DNA from: Candidatus Latescibacterota bacterium
GTDB taxonomy: Bacteria; Latescibacterota; UBA2968; UBA8231
NCBI GenBank assembly: GCA_965203175.1
Contig: OZ241867.1
Location: 4,128,001 to 4,192,000 of the forward strand
Direction of reading: 5' to 3'
Length of the DNA stretch: 64,000 nucleotides
The notes beneath the pieces were generated by a model that saw only the letters and a list, made by a program, of their open reading frames with translations, was not told the origin of the DNA and ran no database searches. This document shows positions 1 to 9,800 of this stretch, one piece after another. Every line of letters begins with the position of its first letter. Position 1 is the first letter of the stretch. The position numbers and the translations under genes were made by a program.

Positions 1-1553
1 ACGTCGCCGATATCTTCTACTTCGGAGCGCCAAGTTGCTAGGTCCGCAGGTCCTTCGCCATCAAGCCGCTCGGTCAGCCGCTGGGTGCCGATGCGGCAGG
101 GGAAGCACTTGCCGCAGGATTCCTCAGCAAAAAAGGCCATGGCTTGGCGGGCAATATCCACCATATCGCGGTGGTCGTCAAAGGCCATGATGCCGCCCGC
201 GCCGAGCATAGAACCGCGAGCGCGGACTGCCGGTTCGTCAAGGGTGGTATTAAGGTCGTCGCCCGCGAGAAAACCGCCCGAGATGCCGGCCATAGTAACG
301 GCTTGGATCTGACGGCCCGGCTCCGGCCCGCCCGCCCACTCGTGGAGCAAGGTGTTGAGGGGCAGGCCAAAGGGGACTTCGTAATTGCCCGGCCGCTGCA
401 CGTCGCCCGACAGGCTAATGACCTTGGTGCCCGGATGGTCGTCGAGGCCCAACGAGCGATACCACGCGGCACCGCGCCGCACGATCGGGGGCACCGAGGC
501 CAAGGTTTCGACGTTGTTGACGGCCGTGGGCAAGTCTTCAAAACCGTGCGTTACCGGGTAGGGCGGACGATTGCGCGGATAGGGATGTTTGCCTTCGAGG
601 CTGTTGAGTAAAGAACCTTCCTCGCCGCAGATGTACGCGCCAGCGCCGCGGCGGATGTGGAGCGCACAAGAGAAGTCGCTGCCGAGAATGTGCTCGCCGA
701 TCAGGTTGGCGGCGCGGGCCTCGGCTATCGCGTTGGCGAGGATGGCGTTGATTTCTGGGTATTCGTAGCGCAGATAGATAAAGGCGCGGGTTGCACCGGT
801 GGCGTACGCGGCGAGAAGCATGCCTTCGATGACCGCGTGTGGATCCCATTCGAGGAGGGCGCGGTCTTTAAAGCAGCCCGGCTCGCCCTCGTCGGCATTG
901 CAGACGACGGTTTTGGGCGCGCCTGGGGCCTCGGCGACGGCCTGCCACTTCTGGCCGGTGGGAAAGCCCGCGCCGCCCCGGCCGGCGAGTTGGCTATCGG
1001 CAATGAGGGCCACCAGCTCGGCAGGTTCTCCGGCGAGGGCTTGTTGCAGTGCTTGATACCCGCCGGTTTGGCGATAACCGGATAGGGTGGCGCGGCCGGG
1101 GGTGCGAATGTCGGCAAAGACGCATTCTTCGTACCCGCCGGGATTGGGCACAGGCAGGGGTGAGGGACTGGGTGCAAGGGTTTCTGCGTCGGTCCCGACC
1201 AGCACTTGCTGGCCTTTAATGACCGGAATGGGATCGTCGCAGCGGCCGGCGCACGGCATGGGCGTGGCGTCGGCGAGGCTGGCGCAGAGCGCATCGGCTC
1301 CACGCAGTGCACATATTGGGCCGGTGCAGACGCGCGGGGCACTTTGGCCGGGCGCTTGGCGGGCGAAGTGGTGGTAAAAGGTAACGGTGGCGAAAAGCTC
1401 GGCGAGGGGGACTTTCAGGCCCGTTGATACGGCCTTGAGCGCTTCCTCCGACAAATAGCCGTCGCGGTCGTGGAAGGCGTGCAGGAGCGGCAAGAGGGGA
1501 GCGGTTTCGCGCTGCCAGCGTGCGACGAGCGCGTCGTTTGTAGGGGAGATCAA
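1..1553 (-). CDS. NuoE-NuoF-type fused NADH-binding flavo-iron-sulfur subunit (formate dehydrogenase/hydrogenase diaphorase-like), 3' end runs off the window
   Basis: Own translation from TTG at 1553: LLPLLHAFHDRDGYL...VTFYHHF, CTGPIC...CAGRC (NuoE 2Fe-2S), then GRGGAGFPTGQKW, CNADEGEPGCFKDR, GAGAYICGEE, NNVETL, ESCGKCFPCRIG (NuoF motifs). Confidence 0.9.
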   Translation of the reverse strand, partial: MISPTNDALVARWQRETAPLLPLLHAFHDRDGYLSEEALKAVSTGLKVPLAELFATVTFYHHFARQAPGQSAPRVCTGPICALRGADALCASLADATPMPCAGRCDDPIPVIKGQQVLVGTDAETLAPSPSPLPVPNPGGYEECVFADIRTPGRATLSGYRQTGGYQALQQALAGEPAELVALIADSQLAGRGGAGFPTGQKWQAVAEAPGAPKTVVCNADEGEPGCFKDRALLEWDPHAVIEGMLLAAYATGATRAFIYLRYEYPEINAILANAIAEARAANLIGEHILGSDFSCALHIRRGAGAYICGEEGSLLNSLEGKHPYPRNRPPYPVTHGFEDLPTAVNNVETLASVPPIVRRGAAWYRSLGLDDHPGTKVISLSGDVQRPGNYEVPFGLPLNTLLHEWAGGPEPGRQIQAVTMAGISGGFLAGDDLNTTLDEPAVRARGSMLGAGGIMAFDDHRDMVDIARQAMAFFAEESCGKCFPCRIGTQRLTERLDGEGPADLATWRSEVEDIGD

Positions 1554-1742
1554 GCTAGATACCTTTTATTTCGTAGCCGCCGGAAGGCGACCGCATTTGC
1601 GTATATAGATGAATAATTTAGGAGTTGCGCCAACGGGGGGCAACTGAGCACGGCGGCTGCGCGTAGGGCTAGCTATAAGCGGTTAAACGGAGCCGAAGTA
1701 CTCAACGCCGTACAAGCCGCTTAGTCTCGGTGGCGCACTCTT

Positions 1743-1787
1743 GGCCCGCTCCCCATCGACTGCGGCTTGGTCGGTGGGGAGCGAGCC
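1743..1787 (-). terminator. GC-rich hairpin downstream of the large secreted-protein gene
   Basis: cgctccccatcgac (1747-1760) pairs with gtcggtggggagcg (1770-1783); no clear U-tract. Confidence 0.45.
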
Positions 1788-1822
1788 TCCCGTTGGTCCT
1801 AACAAAGCGGCCGGGGTGTGTG

Positions 1823-4800
1823 CTACTTGAGCAACAGCATCTTCTCGACTGCGAGGAACTTTCCACCGGCTTGGAGACGGTAGAAATAGATCCCCGCCGA
1901 CACGCTGTGCCCGCTGTCGTCGGTCGCGTCCCACTCTACTGTGTAGTGCCCGGTGCTCTGGTGCTCGGCGACGAGGGTGCGAACCGCTTGGCCAACGACA
2001 TTATAGACGGTCAATTCTACATCCATCGCGGTCGGTAGCGCATATTTGATCGTCGTCGTTGGGTTGAACGGGTTCGGATAGTTATGCGATTCAAACGTCA
2101 GCAGCGGGTTGACGCCCTTGGCGGAGGCTAGGGACGGTATCTCTGCATTGGTCAGGGTGATGGTTGCCGAGCCGCCAGCCAAACCCTCAATCGCACTGTT
2201 GAGCGCGATCGTCTCGTTGCCCTCGTCCTCGTCGTCGGCGATTGGATCGATGAAGAGGGATACCGCACCCGCTATCGAGCCGGCCGGAATCACAAGTAGC
2301 GGATCGAACAGCGCGGAGTAATCCAGATCGCGCTGGGCGGACGAAGCAGCGTCGATGGAGAGCTTCACGGCCGCGTCTTGGGGCAACGCCTTGCCGTCCA
2401 AGGTCGCCGTTATTGTAATCTCGGTCTTCCCGGCCCCCTCCTGTACCGTGTGTGGATTCACCGACAGCGCGATGGACGTACTCGCCGTTTCGTCGTCGTC
2501 GATCTTTATATCCGTCTGGGCTGAGCCACCGGATGCGGTGGCCTGCACCCCTAGGAACGTATCGCCATCTACCTCGTCGTTGTCGAAGGGGGTAAGGCGC
2601 AGCGTCGTCGTCGCTTGGGTCGCGCCGGCCGCAATGGGCACCGACCCCTCCAGTACTGCGGAGTAATCCGCATCGCGCACGGCCACTGTGCCTTGGGTGG
2701 GTACGGCAATGGTGAAGTACACGGTCTCGGCAGCGGGGGCGGCCGCAGCCAAGGTCGCGGTCAGGGTGATTTCCGTCGTCTCTCCATCCTCGCGCAGCGA
2801 CGAATGCGTTGACGTCACGCTAGCGACTGCAACCACGGGCGGCGGTGCCTCAACGACTGCGATTTTGAAGGTCATGGCCCTGCTTTCGGGCTTGGCTTCG
2901 TCGCCGTCGATCACCGTGTAGATGATGGTGGCTGTTCCGACCGCGGTCGGCGTGCCGGCAATCGTCCGCGTGGCTCGGTCAAACGACAGGCCGGCGGGCA
3001 GAGTGCTTGAGACGCTGTACGTCAGGTCGCCATCGCCGGTAGCTGGCGGCAGTTCGAGTGGTCGCATCGCCTTGCCAACCGCGACCGAGATGTCCGACTG
3101 GTTCTCGACGAAGGCCGGGGTTGTGTCGCCTGTCGGACTTACAGCCGCCCACGCACCCGTGTCTTTCAGCGCGATCGTCGCGGTGCTGACCGCGATTTCC
3201 TTCTTATCGTCGTTTTTGGGATTTTTCATCGCCTTTAGGATGATCTTCTCGTCTGCGTCCTCTATCCCGTCGTCTTTTGGGGTGATAGAGATGGTCTGCG
3301 ATCCCTGCGCTTGGCCGGCCGGAATCGTCACCGAACGAAGGAGCGATATGTAGTCGATATCGTGCGTCGCCGTAGCAGCATCACTCGTATCGAGGGCCAA
3401 GACTACGGTCACGTCCTTGGCCAATACCTTGCCGTCTAAAGTTGCGGTCACTGCAATTTCCGTTTCGCCGGCGTCCTCCCTCAGTTCATTAGTACTCACC
3501 TCCAGCGTTATGTGCTCGCTCGTGGTCTCGTCGTCGGTGATCTTGATCGCCGCGTTCATAAGCGCGGTTCCGACCTTAGCCGTCAGCTTGAAAGCCTTCG
3601 CCGCATTCACCCGCTCGTTGTCGATGGGGGTCAGGGTAAGCGTCGTCGTTCCCACGGTCTCGCCCTGCCGAATAGTGAGACTGCCTACGGTCGCGGTGTA
3701 ATGTGCATCGCGCACCGCCGGCTCTGCATCTGAGAGAAAGGCGTTGAGGGCGTCGTTGTCGCTAATGTCGTCAACATGGGCCGCCATAGTAAACAGCACC
3801 TTGGCGTCTGCCGCTAGGGAGTCCTGCAACTCAACCGTCAGCGCGATGTTTGTCGGCCCCTGATCCTCGCGTATCGCGTTAGGTCTCGCCGTCAGTCCTT
3901 TAATAGCCGCAGCCGGAGGATCCTTTAGCTCGATTTGGCGGTGGCCAATGGTTATGCGGTCGCCGCGTTGGTTCGTAGCGGACTTACCGTCCAAGTCGAT
4001 AACATTTAGAGGAACCTCGGCATCTAACGTGGCGTTGGGATCGCGCTTACCCACTAGCCGGATGATGCCAGTTCCTTTGTTCTTGGGAGCGATGGTAATC
4101 GTCGTCTGGCCCGACGCCTTGTTCTTTGGAATTGTTATACGGCCCAAGTTCGTCGCCGTGTAATCCACATCGCGCACCGCGTGATCGGGTGCGGCCTGAA
4201 TGCCCAAGTTAAAAGGCAGGGGCATGGTTAGCACCTTTCCGTTTAATTCTGCTCTTACGACGATATGGGTCGCATCCGCCTCCTTGCTGAGCGCGGACTT
4301 AGAAACCGAGAGGGTGATATTGGTGCTTGCCTTGTCGTCGTCGATCAAGCGCAGAAGCGGCCCGGGGGCGACTGTGTGAACACCGGCATTGCCCGTGATT
4401 TGGAGAACGAGGTCGTCGCCGTCGCCTGGGTCATTCTTAGTAGGGTCGTCGCAGGCCCCTTCGCCTTCGTCGTGTGCATCGTTTCCTTTGCGATCATCGT
4501 CAATGGGAATGAAGATGATCGTCCCAGTCGCTGCGCTCTTGCCCGCTGGAATAATGAGCGTGGGCAGCGTTAGGCGGTAGCGACTGTTGAGTCTAAAATC
4601 ACAACTCTCTGGGCTTTCGATCTCCAAGGTCACATAGATATCTTTTTCGACGGTCTCGACCTGATCGTCAGCGTAATTTCGGGCTGTTACCTCGATTTCG
4701 GTCTCACCGGCATCCTCGCGGACGAAGACAGTGTCTCTGGGGGAGTAGCCGTGCTTCAGCGTTAGCTTAATGTCCGCTCCTGCTTCACTAGCCCATCCCA

Positions 4801-4837
4801 ACGCCACTAGCCACAGCAACAACTGCGTGCGAATCAT
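1823..4837 (-). CDS. Secreted repeat protein: Calx-beta-like repeats, putative Ig (He_PIG-like) domain, FlgD/T9SS-like C-terminal domain
   Basis: Signal peptide; about 6 repeats of (R)EDAGxTEIxVTAxL...AxRDxDY...TIPxG...TPxDD; LPAGLSFDxATRTIAGTPT; C-terminal NYPNPFNPTTTIKY...WDATDDSG...GIYFYRL. Confidence 0.85.
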   Translation of the reverse strand: MIRTQLLLWLVALGWASEAGADIKLTLKHGYSPRDTVFVREDAGETEIEVTARNYADDQVETVEKDIYVTLEIESPESCDFRLNSRYRLTLPTLIIPAGKSAATGTIIFIPIDDDRKGNDAHDEGEGACDDPTKNDPGDGDDLVLQITGNAGVHTVAPGPLLRLIDDDKASTNITLSVSKSALSKEADATHIVVRAELNGKVLTMPLPFNLGIQAAPDHAVRDVDYTATNLGRITIPKNKASGQTTITIAPKNKGTGIIRLVGKRDPNATLDAEVPLNVIDLDGKSATNQRGDRITIGHRQIELKDPPAAAIKGLTARPNAIREDQGPTNIALTVELQDSLAADAKVLFTMAAHVDDISDNDALNAFLSDAEPAVRDAHYTATVGSLTIRQGETVGTTTLTLTPIDNERVNAAKAFKLTAKVGTALMNAAIKITDDETTSEHITLEVSTNELREDAGETEIAVTATLDGKVLAKDVTVVLALDTSDAATATHDIDYISLLRSVTIPAGQAQGSQTISITPKDDGIEDADEKIILKAMKNPKNDDKKEIAVSTATIALKDTGAWAAVSPTGDTTPAFVENQSDISVAVGKAMRPLELPPATGDGDLTYSVSSTLPAGLSFDRATRTIAGTPTAVGTATIIYTVIDGDEAKPESRAMTFKIAVVEAPPPVVAVASVTSTHSSLREDGETTEITLTATLAAAAPAAETVYFTIAVPTQGTVAVRDADYSAVLEGSVPIAAGATQATTTLRLTPFDNDEVDGDTFLGVQATASGGSAQTDIKIDDDETASTSIALSVNPHTVQEGAGKTEITITATLDGKALPQDAAVKLSIDAASSAQRDLDYSALFDPLLVIPAGSIAGAVSLFIDPIADDEDEGNETIALNSAIEGLAGGSATITLTNAEIPSLASAKGVNPLLTFESHNYPNPFNPTTTIKYALPTAMDVELTVYNVVGQAVRTLVAEHQSTGHYTVEWDATDDSGHSVSAGIYFYRLQAGGKFLAVEKMLLLK

Positions 4838-5454
4838 TACTCAACCTCCTTTTCCACAGGAAAGTATTCCTGCTTGTGAAAGTGGAAATTTTAACGGAGG
4901 GACGGTCTTGTCTGTCCTCGGCACACAGAGGGAGCCAAGGCATACGCCGCTGCGAAAATAGGACTGTACAGACCGCTAGCGCCCGACAGCGAGTGGAGTG
5001 CGAAGGTGAGTGGCGATCCCTTGGCGAAATCCGAGAGATCGAGGCCTAATGAAGGAGGAAATAGGGGAGAGTAAGTGTTTGTTTTAAGGAAACTTACGGT
5101 GTATTGATGGGAAGTCTTAGAACTGGAAGGGAAATGTAGCCACAGCAGTAGGATCTGCCGGCGGCAACGTCGTATTAGGTGTTGGTTATATCTTCCCGGT
5201 TATCCCTCGACGAGCGGGAACTCCGTTGTGGTACTACGCCAAAAAGGGTAGTGAAAAAGCAAAGGTGTTGTCAAGGAGGTTGCCGAGAATAGAGCGTCGA
5301 TTGGGACTGGAGTGCGGTTTAGTGCTCGCACCAATACCTTTAGGCGGGGCATCTGCGAAAGTTTGACGCAGTATGGTACACGTATATTTTTACCCTATAA
5401 AAATATGCGTGTGAGAATTTTATCACGGTTGTATTATGTGCGTAGAGGAATGAC

Positions 5455-6831
5455 ATGTTTCGAGTTGCAATTTGCGATCTGAAGAACTGGCAGACCAAAC
5501 CAAAGCGCAAACCGCTGGTGGTTCGGGGAGCCCGGCAGGTGGGGAAGACCTATCTGATCCGGCAATTCGGACGTGAGTGCTTCCACAATACGGTGGAGTT
5601 AAATTTCGAGCGGCAACCAGAACTGGCACAGTTATTTGCGTCCAAAGACCCCAACCAGATTCTCCCGTTGATCGAGTTGCAGTACAACACAGCTATCAAC
5701 CCCGGAGAAACGCTCCTGTTCCTCGATGAGATCCAAGCGGCTCCACAGGTCTTTGAGGCGCTGCGGTACTTCTTTGAGGAGCGCCCCGATATTCACGTCA
5801 TCGCCGCGGGTTCACTGCTCGAATTCGCGCTGGCAGAGCCATCCTTTGCAGTGCCTGTCGGCCGCATTGAATACCTGTATCTCGGTCCTATGACCTTTGA
5901 GGAGTTTCTGCTGGCCCAAGGCAAAGAGCGCCTCGTTTCTTTTCTCCGATCCTTTGAATTCCCTGCCACCATACCCGAGTCTTTGCACCGTCAGCTACTG
6001 GATGCCGTGAGGGAATACCTAGTGGTGGGAGGGATGCCTGCCAGCGTGTTTGCCTATACCCGGTCCGCGTCGCTTGCCGATACCGAGTCGGAGAAACAAT
6101 CGATCCTCGAGACCTTTGCCGAGGATTTTGGCAAATACGCGCGCAGGGCCGATCCCGACCGGCTGCGCAAGGTGTTCACCCGCCTCCCGATGCTGATCGG
6201 TCAGCGGCTGAAATACACCCATATTGACCGGGACGATCAGGCGCGAAATCTGGCCCATGCCTTGTCGTTGTTGTGCAAGGCCCTAGTCGCCTCGCGCGTC
6301 CATCACAGTGCCTGCAACGGCGTTCCGCTGCGGGCGGAAATCAAAGAGACTGTGTTTAAGCCGCTGTTCCTCGACGTTGGCTTGATGTCTAGTGCTTGTG
6401 GCCTCAACTTGCTGGACTTTGCCAGCGCAACGGACGTGCTGCAAGTGAACCAAGGGAGCGTTTGCGAGCAGTTTGTCGGACAGCATCTGCTCTACGGGCA
6501 TCCTTCCTTCGTCCGGCCGGAGCTATTCTTCTGGATGCGGGAGAAGTCTTCTTCCAATGCCGAGGTCGATTACGCGATCAGTATGGGCGCTAAAATCATC
6601 CCCGTCGAAGTCAAGGCGGGTAAGACCGGCACGCTCAAGTCGTTGCAGGTCTTTCTCAAGACCAAGGCACAGAACATAGGGGTGCGCGTGAACAGCGGTC
6701 CTCCTACTTGGCATACGGCCAACTACGCCTTGCCTGGGATGGCGGAGCAATCCTTTGAATTGGTCTCGATTCCTTTTTACCTAGTGGGACAATTGCGTAG
6801 GTTACTTGGAGAAAAGCAAAGCAACGGCTAA
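5455..6831 (+). CDS. AAA_14 ATPase with DUF4143 C-terminal PD-(D/E)xK-like domain
   Basis: GARQVGKT Walker A, LFLDEIQ Walker B, GGMP, EVDY...IPVEVKAG. Confidence 0.9.
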   Translation: MFRVAICDLKNWQTKPKRKPLVVRGARQVGKTYLIRQFGRECFHNTVELNFERQPELAQLFASKDPNQILPLIELQYNTAINPGETLLFLDEIQAAPQVFEALRYFFEERPDIHVIAAGSLLEFALAEPSFAVPVGRIEYLYLGPMTFEEFLLAQGKERLVSFLRSFEFPATIPESLHRQLLDAVREYLVVGGMPASVFAYTRSASLADTESEKQSILETFAEDFGKYARRADPDRLRKVFTRLPMLIGQRLKYTHIDRDDQARNLAHALSLLCKALVASRVHHSACNGVPLRAEIKETVFKPLFLDVGLMSSACGLNLLDFASATDVLQVNQGSVCEQFVGQHLLYGHPSFVRPELFFWMREKSSSNAEVDYAISMGAKIIPVEVKAGKTGTLKSLQVFLKTKAQNIGVRVNSGPPTWHTANYALPGMAEQSFELVSIPFYLVGQLRRLLGEKQSNG

Positions 6832-6842
6832 TACACTGGTTA

Positions 6843-9800
6843 TTGAACATGGACTCCAACTTTTCGTCTCGCTGCCTTTCGCTCGACCTTGAGGTCGGCA
6901 AGCAGGATTGCCGCATTCATGCCTTCGCCGCGGTACGTCCGGATGTCGATCAACCGCTGGTTTTCCAAGGGGGCGACTTAGCGGCAGCATTGACAGAACT
7001 CGACAAATTCGCTGATGGTGCGGACTTTCTGCTTGGCCACAACCTGATCGATTTCGATCTGCCCCATCTGAAAGCAGCAAAGCCCGATCTCCGGCTGTTG
7101 AAGCTGCCGGCGGTGGATACGCTGCGGCTCAACCCCCTCGCCTTTCCTCGCAATCCCTATCACCACCTCGTCAAGCACTATCAGGATGGACAACTCAAAC
7201 GCGGGCGACGGAACGACCCGGAACTCGACGCTCGGATTGCGCTGGAAATTTTCGACAATCAGCAAACCGCGTTGCGCGATGCGCTGCTTGGCTTGCTCGC
7301 CGCGTGGCATTGGCTGACCGGAACGGGACCCGACGGTGAGGGGTTCGACGCCGTTTTTACCTCCATACGGTACGCGCCTCGACCAACTGATGCGGTCGCG
7401 AAAGCGGCGATCCACGAGCGGCTTGCGGGCATCGCCTGCCAGAATCGCGGTCGGGATGTTTTCGATAATGTCGCCCAAAGCGGCTGGCCACTAGCGTACG
7501 CGCTAGCTTGGCTGTCAGTTTCCGGCGGCAATTCCGTGATGCCGCGGTGGGTTCGACATCAGTTCCCAGAAGCCGATAAGCTGATTCGCCGACTACGGGA
7601 TATGCCCTGCGACGAGGCGGATTGTGGCTGGTGCCGGGAAAGACACGACGCTCGCAAGGAGCTTAAGCGTTGGTTCGGCTTTGACGATTTCCGGCCGGAG
7701 CCGAAGGACATGGACAAACAACAGCCCATGCAGCAGTCCATCGTTGAGGCGGCAATGGCCGGGGAGCACGTTTTGGGGATTCTGCCCACCGGCACCGGCA
7801 AGTCGCTCTGTTACCAGATCCCGGCCCTATCCCGCTACTACAAGACTGGCGCTCTCACGGTGGTGATTTCACCCTTGGTTGCGCTCATGGCGGATCAGGT
7901 GGCGGGACTGGAGGCTCATAGAATCGACTCGTGCGTAGCCATCAATGGATTGCTGTCCATGCCCGAGCGGGCCGATGCGCTGGATCGGGTACGATTGGGG
8001 GATGCAGGCATTCTCATCATCTCGCCGGAGCAACTCCGCAACCGTTCTCTGCGCCGTGCATTCGACCAACGCGAGATAGGGGCTTGGGTGCTGGACGAGG
8101 CTCATTGTCTATCGAAATGGGGGCATGACTTTCGGCCGGATTACCGCTACGTGGGGCGCTTCATCTGCGAAAAGGCGGGACAGGACCCGATCCCGCCGGT
8201 GCTATGCCTGACTGCGACCGCTAAACCCGACGTAGTGGAGGACATCAAGCAGCATTTTCGGGATGAACTCGACGTAGGACTGAAGGTCTTCGACGGCGGT
8301 GCCCATCGCACCAATCTGGAGTTCATAGTAGTGCCGACAACCGCCGAAGAGAAGTTCTCGCGCATCCACCAGATTCTTATGGCCGATCTGCCGCCGGATG
8401 CGTCCGGCGGTGCCATCGTCTATTGTATGACGCGTCGGCGGACCGAAGAGATAGTGGATTTCCTTCAGGATAAAGAGGTTGCGGCAGACTTCTTCCATGC
8501 CGGGCTGCCGCCGGAGACTAAGAAGAGTGTACAGCAGCGCTTCATCGACGGCAAACTGCGCGTGATCGCGGCCACCAATGCCTTCGGCATGGGTATTGAC
8601 AAGCCGGATGTGCGATTGGTGATCCACGCCGATATTCCGGGATCGCTGGAGAACTACATGCAGGAGGCTGGCCGCGCTGGCCGTGACCGCGAGATGGCTC
8701 GTTGCGTACTGCTCTATGCGACGGATGACGTGGAGAGGCAGTTTGGCCTGTCGGCGCGTTCGCGGCTCACTCAGGAGGAAATTAGCGGTGTCCTGAAGGC
8801 ATTGCGAAACTTAGATCAGAAGAATCAGAAGAAGCGTCTGAATGGCGAAGTCGTAGCCACCGCCGGCGAGATCCTCGGCGAGGACGAGGAAAAGGTCTTT
8901 GAGCGGGACTCCGCCACCGACGATACCCGCGTGCGAACCGCCATCTCTTGGCTTGAGGAGGCAGTACTACTGACCCGGGAAGAGAACCAAGTGCAGGTGC
9001 TTCCTTCGTCTCTCCGGGTGGACTCGGTGAAGGAAGCACGCAGTCGGTTGGCGAAGGCGTCCGTTGCCCATGACTACCGGCAACGGCTGCTTAAAATAGC
9101 CGAGACCCTGATTGATGCCGACCCCGACGAGGGCATCTCTACCGACGAGTTGATGGGTGTATCCGGTCTGAGCGCCGAAGGTGTGCGTGGTGCTCTGTAC
9201 GACTTGGAAGAGCTAGACATTGCCAGCAACGAGATGGCACTGACCGCCTTCGTCCACGCAGGAATAGTGCGCAGTTCTCAGAAGCGCTTTGATGAGGCGG
9301 CGGAGTTGGAGGCCGCCCTGATCGCGCAGATGCGCGAGGCTGCACCGGATATGGGCAAGGGAGATACGTGGCCCCTGCATTTGCGCTTCGCCGCGCAAAC
9401 TCTGCGTGATCAAGGGGTGGCTGATCCGTTGCCGGAACGACTACGGCGCATTCTCCGCAGCATTGCCTACGACGGGCGCGGTGAAGGGGGCGACGCCGGC
9501 AGCATCGGGGTGCAACAGCGGGATGCGGAGACGATGCAGGTGACGCTGCGGCGCGAGTGGTCGGCGTTGGAGGAGTTCGCGTCGCGCCGACGCGATGGAG
9601 CAAAATTCCTGCTGGCTCACTTGCTCGCTTGCCTGCCGCCTAGGAGTAAGGGCATGGACTTGCTGGCTAAGACTACCCTCGGCAAGCTGTTGGAAGTGAT
9701 AAAGTCCGACCTGTTCCTGAATAGAAAGAGCACAAACCCCGATAAGTTACTGGACCGTGCCCTTCTATGGCTGCACGAGCAGGAGGTTATTCGCCTGAAC

